A stretch of 64,000 nucleotides of DNA from Eledone cirrhosa (GCA_964016885.1 OZ024740.1:387252001-387316000); one strand, 5' to 3'. Positions 1-14,004 are shown, counted from the stretch's first letter. The notes: generated by a model from the sequence alone, not told the origin. A program made the numbers and translations.

Positions 1-460
<460 letters not shown>

Positions 461-1489
461 ACATGTTAATGTATGTATCCGCACAATTTGCTTCAACATC
501 GACTATATTTAAAAAGGTAACCTGTCCCCGCGAAGCTAGTTATTCATGTCAAGCCGTGTATCACATACAGTTCCCTCGCTGTTGTGTGAGGATAAACACT
601 ACTCTGCTCTCCCGCAGGAACTTCGCGCTTTGCTGTACTAGTGAAAACAGATTACCAACGTAAAATCTTTTGTCCACCGTTAACGATTTCATATTACACG
701 GAGTGATTCGGCGTTTTTAAACTGTAATTTTGCAGTTAGCGACTTTCATAAATGGAAGTAAAAAGAGTTTTAAGTATTTAAGAAATTTATACAATCAGCT
801 CAAATGGTGTTGCCTCTTGCCGTGGCAGTGTTTATCAACGTTGTGTTCATTATGTGACACATTTCTGGAATATCTACTCCGATCATATTTGTATATATCT
901 ATGCAAAGAGTGTCACAAACATAAATATATTTATTTATAAATATAAATGCGTACAAAAACATTCACAAAGTATTTTATTCGAGTTTTCTATCGGCGTAAA
1001 GAAGGCTTTAATGGAAAACTGCCAGTTGTCTCCAAGTGTATCATGGGTAATACTGACGTCACTACCAGCCAAACAAAAGATGGCGAAGAAAGTGTGCGAA
1101 TGAATTGCTATGCTGCCAATACCCGTTCTTCCTCGACTTCGTCTCAATGCCGCTCAGTTCGTCCGAAACAAGACGACGACAACGACGACGACAAAACGAC
1201 GAAGTACTGTCATTACAATCGGTGTTGTTTGCTCAGCTCCGGCGGCCAAGTTGTTACACCGACCAGTAACAACAGTCCCAGAGCCGTCCCTACTACTACT
1301 ACAACAACAACAACATCCTCAACGGCATTCGGGGCCCCTTCTTCACCGCCTTCAACTCGTCGTCGTCGGAGACGACTTTGCCTTGGCCGTGGCAGTTCTG
1401 ACCCTTCTCTTGGCTGTCATTCTGGAGAAAGTAAAAAAGAGCAGATCCGTACGACTGCGAATCAATGTTATCAAAAGAAGCGTTCTGCC

Positions 1490-1585
1490 ATGGTGAGAAG
1501 CCGGTCCTGTTGTTGTTGTCAGTGTGACATCGTCGGCTTCGCCATACAATGCGACCAATGTATCGAGATAGATCTTTGTTTACAG
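1490..1585 (+). CDS. TADA2B: Transcriptional adapter 2-beta, coding exon 1 (first half of ZZ zinc finger)
   Basis: gccATGg Kozak at 1490; MVRSRSCCCCQCDIVGFAIQCDQCIEIDLCLQ matches the Ada2 ZZ pattern; ends CAG|GCAAGT (GC donor, phase 0). The frame is open upstream to 947, so the start could be earlier. Confidence 0.88.
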
Positions 1586-2049
1586 GCAAGTACTAATACA
1601 CATTCACCATTTACTCTGAAAACCTGATCCATTGGGTTTTTTATTTTGCTATTGTATTTCATGTTTACATCTTGCAGCTTCATTTTCTATGTGCATGCCG
1701 TATTTACAAACCAGGCAATACATCACTTATGATTACTTATATGTACTACAACACACACTTGTATGAAGCTATGAAATTTCTTCCTATTGAATATGATTAG
1801 TTTTACTAGATTCATTTATTTATATTGCCTCGGATCGACACCATTTCCCATTTATCCCTTGCAAGCTATACGGTCACTGTTTATGTTATCAACTTAAACT
1901 CTCTAAAATATGTCTTCGGATATTGTGCATTCAGTCAAAAGAAATACTATTTTAATACATTGATGCGTCTGAAAAAATTGTACGATCTTCTAAATATATA
2001 TATAATTGCTGGCTATTTTATTTTCTATGATCATTCTTATTTATAATAT

Positions 2050-2450
2050 AATGACTTGCTTCCCTTTCCTACTTCTCTCTCACTACCTCTCTCTGTTTAC
2101 CTTCAACACTGCTACTTACTCTATCTGTCTATTCTTTCTTTTCTCTCTCACTCTCTCTCCACACTTCTGTTTATGTAGCTTTTATAAGCGATGCAAACAA
2201 ATGGCTTCTACATTCAGATTTCTCTTCCCTGCTGACGTTTTCTGCTCCACTTCTGAGACCTCTTTCGTTATGAAAATGGAGGCATCATAAGCTTTAATAT
2301 TTTCCGATAGGAGGAAAACCTCCATATCCTTTCTGTAGCACGCCCATTCTTTATCTCCCACTTTTCTGTCTAGCTGTGGTGGTAGTCTGTGCGTCCCTGG
2401 TTATAATTTTGTTCATGGCCCCAGTTTGAATTTTATTAATTGACTATCAT
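2050..2450 (-). mobile_element. Possible Penelope-like element relic with degenerate hammerhead
   Basis: KIITRD...R...RKD.E.F.LS fragments resembling a GIY-YIG tail, then cttatga-tgcctcca..tggagca-gaaa-acgtc-agc. Confidence 0.4.
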
Positions 2451-4674
2451 ATCATGTTGCTTTGATATTTTCAAAATTAAAATTATTAGCAGTATGATGA
2501 TCCATGGCTATCCATAAATAGAATGACCCAATCTTTCCTTCTCTCTCTTTCACACGCGCGCGCATACACTCACACACCCAAACACACTCACAAAACCACC
2601 TATGTGTTGGGAATTGAGAAACACACATACACGCACACAAGGCATTAATTCCACTAGGATGATCGGATGTTCTATAAAATCTCCAATCAGTCTATAAAGT
2701 TGCTATTTTATTGTTATATTCCTTCTTTCTCCAAAAGAGTTATTTATTTGTCGTTTCATTCCTATGGCATGTTCATTATTATACACATCCTTTTTACATT
2801 CTCTCTTTCTCTCTGTATGTATGTATATATATAACATTTATACATACATGCATACATACACACAAACCTTGGAAAATGCTCATCTTCACTACTATGATTT
2901 ATTCCCAAGACTACTTTCTCCTCCATTTCATTCAGTTAAGAACTATGTTCTTTTTGTTATATCTGATGGCTGCTGATTATCCTGTTCTATCTCTTGCTTG
3001 TAGCTAAATGTTTCGTTGGTAAAACATTAGTTACTGTTCTATTGCTTCTGGCTCGTTTATTCACTAGGCGTTTTTGTTTGTTGTTGGGTTTTTCTCTTCT
3101 TTCTATCCGTCTATGATTCACTCAACATGTCTCAATTCACTTTACTTCCCCATCGCCTCTACCTTATTGAGTCGTGTTGGGAGGGGAATCCTGAACTATA
3201 TATTTTTTACTCTCGTGCTGTATTTCGTCGATTAGTTTCCGTTTCATGGCAGGGAAGTTTTATGAATATGGTTATTTTTCTCTCTAATATTACATTGCCA
3301 ATATGGGGGTGTGTGAGTTCGCATAAAGCAACGCATTGGTTTTTATACTTTTCTTTTTTGATTCTAGTATTTGAACGAAAGCTAACCTGATACTCAATTT
3401 AGTGAGTAATGAGAATAGGAAAGCCTCTCTTCCAACCCCACCCCGTACACTACCTGATCTCTACTAACACTTAATACTCAGCGATAATTACTAGGGAACA
3501 GTATGGTGTCAGGTTCACTCTTTACAGTAGTTGAAATGAGGCGATCGTGCTTTATGACTACTAGAATAAATGTATACACAGTTGACTCATAGTTAACACT
3601 GCGTGATAGAATCTGACGTCGAGTGCATAAATAATACAAAGCGTTTGATCTGATGATCAGTGGTAGATAAAATATATATGAAATAGAACATGTTGGTGCG
3701 CTCTGGGGAAAAGGGAAGTCTAATTATTTTAAGCTTGCTCTTTACCGGAGGAAAATGAAGCGGTTCAGAAATGTTAGATTTTCTTTCCTTGATTCGTGTC
3801 AATGTTGGCCACCATTTACTTGTCTTCTCAACTTTTAGTACGAGATAAACTGGTTTGTAAATCTTACGAGTAAACCTAGAGTGCTCTGATCGCTTCTTTT
3901 ATTTACTATATCACTGGTTAGATTGTAGGCGGGGCTATGTTGGTAGTAATTATCAGTCACGCAGCTAAAATTAGATATGTTTGCTTTGTGTAAACTTGAA
4001 CTCTTATCACTTTTGTCTAACCTAGAATTGTATGCAAATATTAACTGTATGAGTGCACATGAGATCTGGATTTTTATTAGAAGCATTGTTAAAGCCCCTT
4101 CAGTTTTCTTAGCGTATTTCTTATCCTTCCCATTTGTTCTTGAATATAGATTCACTGTAACAGCTGGAGCAACAGATAATAGTCCAAGTTCTCCTTTGTC
4201 GAGACTGTAGGCTTCCGGTTTAATCTGCTATTTTTAAACAGCGTATCCTAGATACAGGAAATTTATCTAACAATATATATATATGTAGTTGAAATGTTTT
4301 TGTTATGAAACTTGCAAGTATTTAGTTTATGTTGTACAATAACAAATAACATGCATTTTATTAGTTTTTGTCGAGTCATATTTATTAGTTTTTGTAGTCA
4401 TAAAAGAATGAAGCATTGAGTAAAATAAACGATGGGGATTGTCACGGTTGGAATGTCTTTATTCATAGGTTTTCTTAATCAAGACTGACAACGTTAGTAG
4501 TAGCATTAAGCATAATAGGGGTGTGTATGAAAACTATATTATATATAATATAGTTTAACGTGAAGTTACTGTAGGTTTATCCAGGTGAACACTTGATGTT
4601 TAGATTCACGTCTGTAGCGAGGTATAGAGCTAAACAGTGTAAATATAATAATATAATATAACAAATCGTCCTTG

Positions 4675-4746
<72 letters not shown>

Positions 4747-5106
4747 TAGTTGATACAAAATCACTGAAGGGTACACCCTAGTAAAGTACTCCATATACAG
4801 TCAAGCAACCTAAAAATATATATATACATATGTATGTTAAAATATAAAGGTAATTTGAACTGATTACATATATATATAATCAGTTAAAATGACTGTTATA
4901 TTTTAATAGTCACGTTTTAATATAGTTTCCTAATTTAAACCTAGATACTTTTAAATATATACTAAGACATTATTACCCTGGGTTGAAGAGGTGGAAGATG
5001 TAATAAAGTTGACTATTGTATTATAATTGATATGCTTATTTTTCATTTTTCTTTTCTTTCCTACATGCTCCATTCATTGGAATCTTCCTGGATGTTTCTA
5101 AAACAG

Positions 5107-5166
5107 TGCTTCTCCCTTGGTGCTGAAGTAGGTCCTCATCGCCGGGATCACAGTTACCGAATATTG
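5107..5166 (+). CDS. TADA2B: TADA2B exon 2 (second half of ZZ finger)
   Basis: aaacag|CFSLGAEVGPHRRDHSYRIL|gtgagt; recalled vertebrate TADA2B reads CFSAGAEIGHHRRYHGYQL. Confidence 0.95.
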
Positions 5167-8100
5167 GTGAGTTATCTTCTCTTTATTTCCTCTTGTGGCC
5201 TTCACGGCGTTTGTTTGACTTTTTTTTATTTATTCACTGCACGGAATTGCTCAATATATTAGTTGTATATTTATTGTTCACTTAAAAGGTTTGCATAGAA
5301 ATGTATAGGAAATTAATGTACCGTTCCTATTATAGTTAACCATACAGAAATAAATTTATTTTCGTTACTAATATCTCGGTCATGATATAAAAAAAAACAA
5401 CAAAACAACTCTCGACTGAAATCTAGCTTAGAACATTTAATGGCATGCTAGTAATGTTCATTTAAAACTCTGTGTATGCTGCTGCAGACTTTTCGATTTG
5501 ATATGCCATTGCTTCTCTATATTTTCATTCGTTGCCAATATGCATCCATAAACCCAGCAGACAGATTGCTTTCCCCTCTCACTATTGATTGCTTTCCGTT
5601 ATAGCTCGTTTGTAAGGTTATATATGAATGCTCTGATATTGTTGGAAGTCAACTAAACTACCTTGACGTTTCCGCCATTAGCATAATTTTACTGGTCTGT
5701 GTGGCGCTGTCAAAATTCTAGATTTATTCTCTGATGATTCTCGCTTAGTCACACACGCACTACCACCACTCTATTAGACTGTAGCGTTAGTCAGCTCATA
5801 AACATCTAGTTCCTACCTGCACTAGCTGCGTACTCATGCATTTACACATACAGACTGTGTTATGAACTGGTTGTACACAAGGGAAGCAGTCTCATAATTC
5901 AACGGCTTTCTTTTGCTGCCGTTAGCTTCTCTCTTTCCACCATATTTGCGTTGTTACTACTCGTGGTGGCCAACTTAGTCGTATTACTATCCTCTTTCTA
6001 TATACACTTTCCTGCTGTTTTCACGTTTGTTACTGTCTGTTCACCCCCTCCATTTAACCTCGTCCTTTTCGCTTATTTACAGCCGATTAGCAGCAAGTAA
6101 ACCCAGTACTCCAATCGTTTCTCTCTTTCTCTCAAGCATTTATTTATTCTATCCCAGCTTTATTTCCTTTGTACTAATTTTACCTCCTTCCCCACATCCT
6201 CGTCCCAGCCGGTCTTGTTTCTATTGTGTATACAAGAAACGAATTAATTTTCAGCAGGCTATGATCTCTTTTTTTAATCACAATCCTTTAAAATACCTTC
6301 ATCCCAGCTACGATCATATGTGTATATAAATATATACATATATGATAGTAGCATGTGTGTATGTATATATATGCACATTTAATATTTGGGCTTCTGCTGC
6401 TATCGTAGTTGTTTTCTTGAGCTCACATCATTATGATGGCTTCAACTATTTCAAAAGTAGAGTGTACTCACTATGAAACAAAATGTTTCCGTTATATTGA
6501 AGGCGTCACTATGATATGCTGTTGTTATTGTCGCTCTTCCTTCTACTACGCCTACTGCTCTTTCTCCTCTCTCTACTACCGTTGCTGCTACTACTACTCC
6601 TGTAATGCAGCTTTGTCTCTGCCATCTTTCTCCTCTTACTGGCGCCTTATGTCGTTCTTTATGTCTCCCGCCATACGTTTACATTATATTCCGTTTTGAA
6701 ATTGAGTATATGCGTGTCATTCTTTTATATATATATATTTCTCATATCGTGAACTATTCTTTTTGCGAATTGTACATTGTGTGCGTGTATTTTATCTGTT
6801 CATTGGTGAATGTACAAGCCCCATGTGTATGTATTTATAGTAATTTCAAGCGTTGTATGTGTACACCATTTGGTAAACTACGACATTGTTCTAATTTGAA
6901 TACGATTTTTCTTTGGACGTTATATTATGTCTGCTAATACTGCCTTCTCCCTCCTCCTGTCATAGTATTTATAGCCATGCACGTGAGCGCACGCGGTAAT
7001 ATTGCTCTTTGCAAAAATTCAATACTGTAAACGGAGCTTTTATGCACCTAAGCTAATCAATATCAACCACATAGCCTTTTCGTCGCATATATGTCGGAAA
7101 CGCAATTATGGATAATGCATATTTTGTATACATTCCAATGAAGATGAGTTGGCGACACTCACCCTTTGGATCACACAGTATTTTCTCCTCTTTTTTTCTC
7201 TCTCATAATATTAATCGGAATACCATTTCACTATAGCCAGCAGTGATCATCTACCTCTTAGACTGTAGAAGTCTGTCTGAAGAGAATTCAACTAATTGAT
7301 AGATTTGTAGTGAGTAGCAAACAAGAATATTTTAACGGATTATATCGAAGAATATAGTCATTAAATATTTGTATGGAGATATACAATCATTTCTCGTTGG
7401 TTTTCCTTTTAGATAAGTAAGCACTACACCAGAATGGGTAATATACTGGCATATACATGTTTTTTGTTTCTGTATTAGCAACATGTGAAACGGTTACAAC
7501 TGGCAATCAACAAAAACATTAAGGCTTCTACCTCCATGTCGTGGGTTCGATCCCCATGTCGTTGCTCCAGTCTACTCAGCTAAAGAAAAAAAATCGGACC
7601 CAGCAGCAATTGGGTGTTAAGTGTATAACCTACTGGGAAGAGTTTCTAGGCTTGGGACATGCTGAGCTAAGGTTGTTACTTCAAACTTGTATTTTTCTCA
7701 AGTATTGGAATTTGTCTAATTAAAGTAAGAATGCTAGAATATATATAGTCAAGAAACTGATTTACACTAAATTGGTTTACCTTTGTTGCTGTTTAACTCA
7801 GCTGTGATCATTCATTCCATCTTAAGGTATAGAGTATAATGTATCCTAGGTGCACATCTCCTTTATATATCTGTATATAAGGCAGTAGTAGGGTGTGATT
7901 TGAGGGCGATTTCATTGCAAGATTCCTATTCTTGTTTCTCAGAGTTAACATGATATTGGATTTAATGTTAATAAGGAGAATCAGTAATACATGTTTAGAT
8001 AAATGTACTTCTTTAAAATGATTGACTTAAAAAAAAATCTTTGTGTGGAAGTTCAGGAAACGGACTAGGTTTACATACAATGTCTACATGCTATGTTATT

Positions 8101-8399
8101 GTACATAATTGTATCAGCAAAGCTATATTTACTTGTGGTAAACACTTTTGTGTTGAGGATGCTGCTGTGTTCCATCCCTGAATACAGAAGTCAATGTCTC
8201 ATCAAACGGTGATACAGCTTTGTATGTGTTTTGGTTACTTCTACCCTGACACCAGAGATACCTACCAATATAGGTGATGGAATTTCGGCACAAAAGCATG
8301 AAATTAAGTGAATCAAGATATTGTAACTCTGAGCTAGATATCTTTGTCAACCCTAACACTTGATCTTATTTGATGGGCATTCATCACTGTATTAGATGT

Positions 8400-8820
8400 G
8401 CCATCCCTTGAGATGTCTTGCTTTCTCAGCAACCAGTGATAATTTTCTTGAGGTGTTTTCATACCTTTATGACTTGTCCCAAGCAACCAGTTAACCCTGG
8501 TTCCAACAAATACCCTGATATCTATCTCCATAGGAAAGCACGATGCCTTATATTCATTGTTTTCAGAGTTCAATGAGTTCACTGTGTCTTGTTAAATGTG
8601 TCACACATGTTCGTTTCCCAGGGAACTATCAGCCCTATCACTTTTAACACCTTCCTTTTCTGCTCTACATGATGAGTTCAGGTCATTTGGTAGATAATAC
8701 AGTTTTGGGTGATTCCCTACAGCCTATCTAATTTTAAATGTCATTGTACTGGGTTTCAGTTCAACTGAAAAATCTTTATCATTACTCACCAAAGTCCTTT
8801 TCATAGTATTACCATCTTTC
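8400..8820 (-). mobile_element. Decayed R2-group (HERO/NeSL-like) non-LTR retrotransposon, restriction-like endonuclease end
   Basis: TK*PELIM*SRK..VIGLIVPWETN...YKASCFPMEIDIRVFVG...SLVAEKA resembles RPDIVLWS..IELTVPWE...PVEVG.RGF...AE.AS. Confidence 0.7.
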
Positions 8821-10317
8821 TATACAATAAAAATGCTGTTTCACTATTACAACAGAATTATTTCGTACATACCACGGAGACCTGTCTTTACATGCAATAC
8901 TATATAAGCAAAAAAGTGCTGGTAAATGATCACTCATCCTGCTGGGAAAAGTAACCAAATCTCCAAACCACACTCGATGAAGGATTCATTGGACAATGTA
9001 GTCTTGGGGTTAAACAACTAGAATTTTTTTCCTAACACACACTACCTCCCAATTATTTTATTTCAGAAATAAATAACTGTGTACATCTTCAATGATTACT
9101 TTATATTCAAACCCAGAAATTAATTACACTTTGTTAACATGAATGATTGTTTTATATGTCATCACCATCATTTTACATATTTTTCCATACTGATATGGGT
9201 TGACTTCTTTCATAGAATCTTGTCACAATCTTTTGTCATCTGACTCACTTAACAAAGAAGACTAGTAGTTTTTATTGTTGAGTATGTGGGAGCTATTTTT
9301 GTCTCTTTTCTTTTATGTCAACATGATACTCATGATGTGTATCTACCTGCTATATGTACTACTCATCAAGCCAAAGAGAACCATTGCATGGTTGACCTGT
9401 AGAATTAGCAGTCTAATCTCCCTCAACAAAGAACATAGTGGATAATGTGGTCCGAGATAGCACAAACTATGTCTGAAAAATATTTCATCATAGGCCTACT
9501 CAATATATTCTTCACTTTTGTGTCTTATGTTTGTTTCTCATAAAGAAGAATGTGGATCTTTAAATAGCCTTGAGAAAAACATTTCAACTCCTTGGGTGCC
9601 AGAAATATACAGTGTTCCAAAAACGTACTGATACATTTTACTTTAGTTGTGAAGTGCAGATACAGATAAAGTGAATTGAACAAATTCAATCATTTACTGA
9701 ATATTTTTAACAATTTTTGGGAAAATGTGAAGATTGGCCTGGGGCGTTAAAAATACTAAAATACCAGTGATATTCAAAGAGGTATGAAAATAACTACTCT
9801 AAATAAAATTAATAGTATCATGCAGAGGAGTGGAGTATTTATTGTTTTGTGTATTCAGCATCTCTTGCTTTGACAATTCACAGTCAGTCTCCACTTTCAT
9901 GTGGTTATCACACACGAAAAAGAGTTGATTATTGTTTTAATGTTTAGTCAGTGCAGAATGGACAAGGCCCATGACGCTTTAAGGGACTCTAAAACTTAAA
10001 ATGGAAAAAACAATTTCCATTCTACCTTTAATTGATGGTGATATTTGCTATATAAAATATATTCATCATCCTCGTTTTTACATACTTTTTACCATGTTCA
10101 CATGGCTTAGATGGGTCCTTTCCAGTACAGCTTTTGTCCATTTGTTTCTTAACTTTGTCATTATAATGTTCAGTTTCTTAGGATCAGTTTTCACAATTAA
10201 AAATCAAAATTTGGTCAGTCAGTTATTGAATTGAACTTTTGTGTAGTTAGAATGAACAAAAAAAAAAAGATATATATTTAGAAAATATTTATTTGTTGTT
10301 TTTTAAGCCATACAGTA

Positions 10318-10401
10318 ATTAGACTGTCGATTTCAGTGAAAATCCTGGATATTAACAATATTAGACTGTCGATTTCAGTGAAAACCCTGGATATTAACAA
10401 T
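10318..10401. repeat. 42-bp tandem duplication
   Basis: attagactgtcgatttcagtgaaaa(t/c)cctggatattaacaat x2. Confidence 0.95.
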
Positions 10402-10861
10402 ATGACATTTTTATTCCATCCTTCAAAACAAGGATTTTACGTTTGTTTTTCATGCTGATATGTTGTGCAAGGCATTACAGTTGATGTCGATTCCTTTTCA
10501 GAGTTACTGCCCTTTTAGACAAAGGATGGCTTCTTGCTCATAGTTTCCACTTTTTGTCATGGTTTCTGCTGTTGGGTGTCCTTCCTAACACTAGAATATT
10601 ATTTTTAAAAGCTTTAAGTTTGAGTTGAATATATTTTTCTTTAAAAAACTATGTTTATATGTTAAAGCAATTATTTATATAGCAAAATACCTTTCCTACA
10701 ATTAATTACTCTAATATAAAGACTGGATACTTTTTTTGTCATTCAAGCAAATTAGAGCAAACAAAGCTATATACTTTGCTGGAATAAGATTTAGTTTAAA
10801 ATATTGTCACTTTTAACTTGTTGCAAAATCAAGCTATTTCTTTTCTTTTCTTTATCTACAG

Positions 10862-10959
10862 AGTGATATGATTGGACCTTTCAACATCCAGAAACCATGG
10901 TCTTTAGTTGAAGAAACTATGTTACTGGATGCTGTGGAACAATATGGATTTGGTAATTG
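10862..10959 (+). CDS. TADA2B: TADA2B exon 3 (SANT start)
   Basis: ctacag|SDMIGPFNIQKPWSLVEETMLLDAVEQYGFGNW|gtgagt, phase 0 to 2. Confidence 0.96.
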
Positions 10960-12534
10960 GTGAGTGATAATTTTTATTTTTCATGCTTTTAGTATTCAAT
11001 ACCATGCTTTCTTTCAAACTAGCATACGTATAACAAAATTTTGTTAGAATTAGTGAGCAAAAAAAACTTCTATGCGGTTGCTAACTTTGTTAAAAAGAAC
11101 AACCTAACTTCCCTCTGATGTTTTTAAAATTGTAATGCTGATTGAATAAAGAGGTTTGGACTAGACCTACATCTATTCTTAAATGAGTTGAGACATGTCG
11201 TACCTGATGTCCTTGTCTATGAGTTAGTTGCAAGCATTTGAAAAGCAACATGTGTGCCATATATCTGCTGCTTAAGCATGATTGGGGCTGTAAAACAACA
11301 GAAAGAATAACTTTTCCAGAACCAAGTATTTACACAATGATGTTTCTATATGCATTCAAGTTCTGCTTAAATAATCTGAAAGAAAGGGGGACTTTGTTTT
11401 GTTTTGTCAGAGAGAAGGGAGGGCAGTGGTTTCCATCACCCTTTTCAGAGCCTCTGAGACTGGTGGTAAGGAGGGAAGAAGGTACCCTTAAACTGGATAT
11501 GTGGACTGAATGCTTACAACAGAGCAGATTCTACAAAAGGCACTTGATGGTTGGGTAATGGTGTTAAACCAGTAGGTCACAGCAAAATTTGAATGCAAAG
11601 AGTCAGAAGAAATACTGCAAAATATCTTATCTGGCACTCTAATAATTTTGCCAATCCACTACCCTTTACTGTAAAAGATAAAACCTTTATAGCTGTTGAC
11701 TGATAAATATAAAGAATTAAAGGGAAGGAGCTAATCAATTAAACTGCTTAAAATTGATGATATTAATTTCCTGTTTCATACAATTGTGATTATCCTACTG
11801 AAAAGTAGGTGTATGGCAGTAGAGAGAACTATGTCTATAACTAATTGGTAGTTGCAGAACGTATTTTCTCAGCTGTAGATCAATGGAATAAATTGATAAG
11901 ACCTTATTGCTAGAAGATGAGGCAGCACTAAATTGATGTTAAAGCTTATTATATACATACTAGCAGTATCCCTATGATAAAACAACAGGGTTTATAGTAA
12001 AAAATATTTAATTTAATAATTCCTAGATGATAACATTCTATATAAAGAATCCTAAGGTTTTTCTTTACTCCGGTCATCACCATATTTTATTTTACATTCA
12101 TTTAAACCAATTACAATGAATTATGATGACTGTCTATTTATCTATTAGAATTCATGCTTTGTTGTTGTTATTCTTGCGCAAAAATAGGTACATTGATAAA
12201 TATACATAAATAGATAGCTACAGACAGACATATAGGTACATAGCTGTTGTGATACCACTGACCATCTAAATTATTGTTATAAACAAAGACTGGGGAACAC
12301 GCTCACATCTATATATACATTTTAATGCTTACACTGACATTTTGTGCTGCAAATTTTAATAGTATGCTGATATAAGGATGTGAAAAAAAAGTACTTGGTT
12401 ATATTGAAGGAAATCTGTGTTATTGAATGTAGGATAGGATTTTAAAATGTAGCTTAAATATATATAATTTAAAATGGCTTGGAAAGTAAAAGAATCATTG
12501 TTTGATAAAAATGGATCAAGTGTAGACTGGATCA

Positions 12535-13780
12535 GAATAATTTTGGTAAAAATAACTAGAGAATAAATTCCAAACCTGGAAGCAGGGACTAGAAAGAAAG
12601 GGTCTCAAAGTCAACATGACAAAGACTAAGGTCCTTGTAAGTAGACGAGAAAACAGAACCCAGATCCCCTCAGGGAAATGGCCTTGCTCAGTATGTAGGA
12701 AAGGTGTAGGTAGGAACTCCATTCTCTGCCCCAAATGCAAACAATGGGTACACAAATGATGTAGCGGGATCTCAGGAAGCTTAATTAAGAATGTAGGATT
12801 CACATGCAGCAGCTGTGCTGAAACAGCAAGCAGCAAACAGCCACAGGAAACAAGTACCACCAATCTCTGGGAGGGCCCTGTAGAAACAGTAGACAGCTTC
12901 TGCTACCTAGGTGACCGAATTAGCAACGGAGGTGGGTGTTCAGAAAGTAAAATAACTAGGGTAAGAACGGGATGGAAGAAGTTTAGGGAACTACTACCAC
13001 TGCTAGCTGCAAAAGGCTTCTCCCTCAGAATGAAAGGCAGACTGTATGATGCGTGTATCCGAACAGCGATGTTGCATGGTAGTGAGACCTGGGCGCTGAA
13101 GGTGGAAGACTTACGTAGATTAGAGAGAAACGAAGCCTGCATGCTCCGATGGATGTGTAACAGTAATATACGTGAACGACAAAGCATAAATGAATTGAGA
13201 GAGAGACTGAGCATAAGAGGAATCAAATGCTGTGTGCAGGAGAGGCGGTTGCGCTGGTATGGACATGTGATGCGTATGAAGGATGACAGCTGCATAAAAA
13301 GGTGCAGAGCACTAGAAGTTGATGGAAACCGCGGAGTGGGGAGACCCAAGATGACCTGGGATGAGGTGATAAAAGCCGACCTTACCCAACTACACCTCTC
13401 AAAGACAATGACACACGACCGTGACTTCTGGCGTCATGCAGTAATACAGAGTACCCGACCTCCCATGGGTACATGCTGAAGCATATAAACAATATGCCCC
13501 CACACCCCCCCACTGCAAGGTGGTCGTGGAGGTGCCACGGCAAAAAAGCACCCAGCCCACACTGTAAAGTGGACGTGTAGGCGCCACGAAAAAGCACCCA
13601 GCACTCACTGTAAATGAGGTTGGTGTTAGGAAGGGCATCCAGCTGTAGAAATCAAGCCAGATCAGTTCCTGTATGAGCAAGGCATGGTCAGCTGACCAGA
13701 CACTGCACACAACAGGACAACCCGTCTAACCCATGCTAGCGTGGAAGAACGGACGTAAAACGGTGATGATGATGATGATG
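12535..13780 (+). mobile_element. 5'-truncated RTE-clade LINE (RT C-terminal half, 3' UTR, (GAT)n tail)
   Basis: GLKVNMTKTKVL, FCYLGD, KGRLYDACIRTAMLHGSETW, RRLRWYGHVMRM, RGVGRPKMTW; one in-frame TGA near 12757; ends gatgatgatg. Confidence 0.95.
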
Positions 13781-13967
13781 AAAATGGCTTTAAAATGCTA
13801 TAGTTTAGAGATAATTAGAGCAATAGAAGTGTGATCATGTAATCTCGTAGTCTGACTATGAAAAAGAATTGAAAATAATAATGTGTATCATTCAAGTTTA
13901 GATATAAGGCCAGGAAAGCTTTGAATACATGGCTATAGAAGTATGAATTTGATATTTGTGGTGTGTG

Positions 13968-14004
<37 letters not shown>

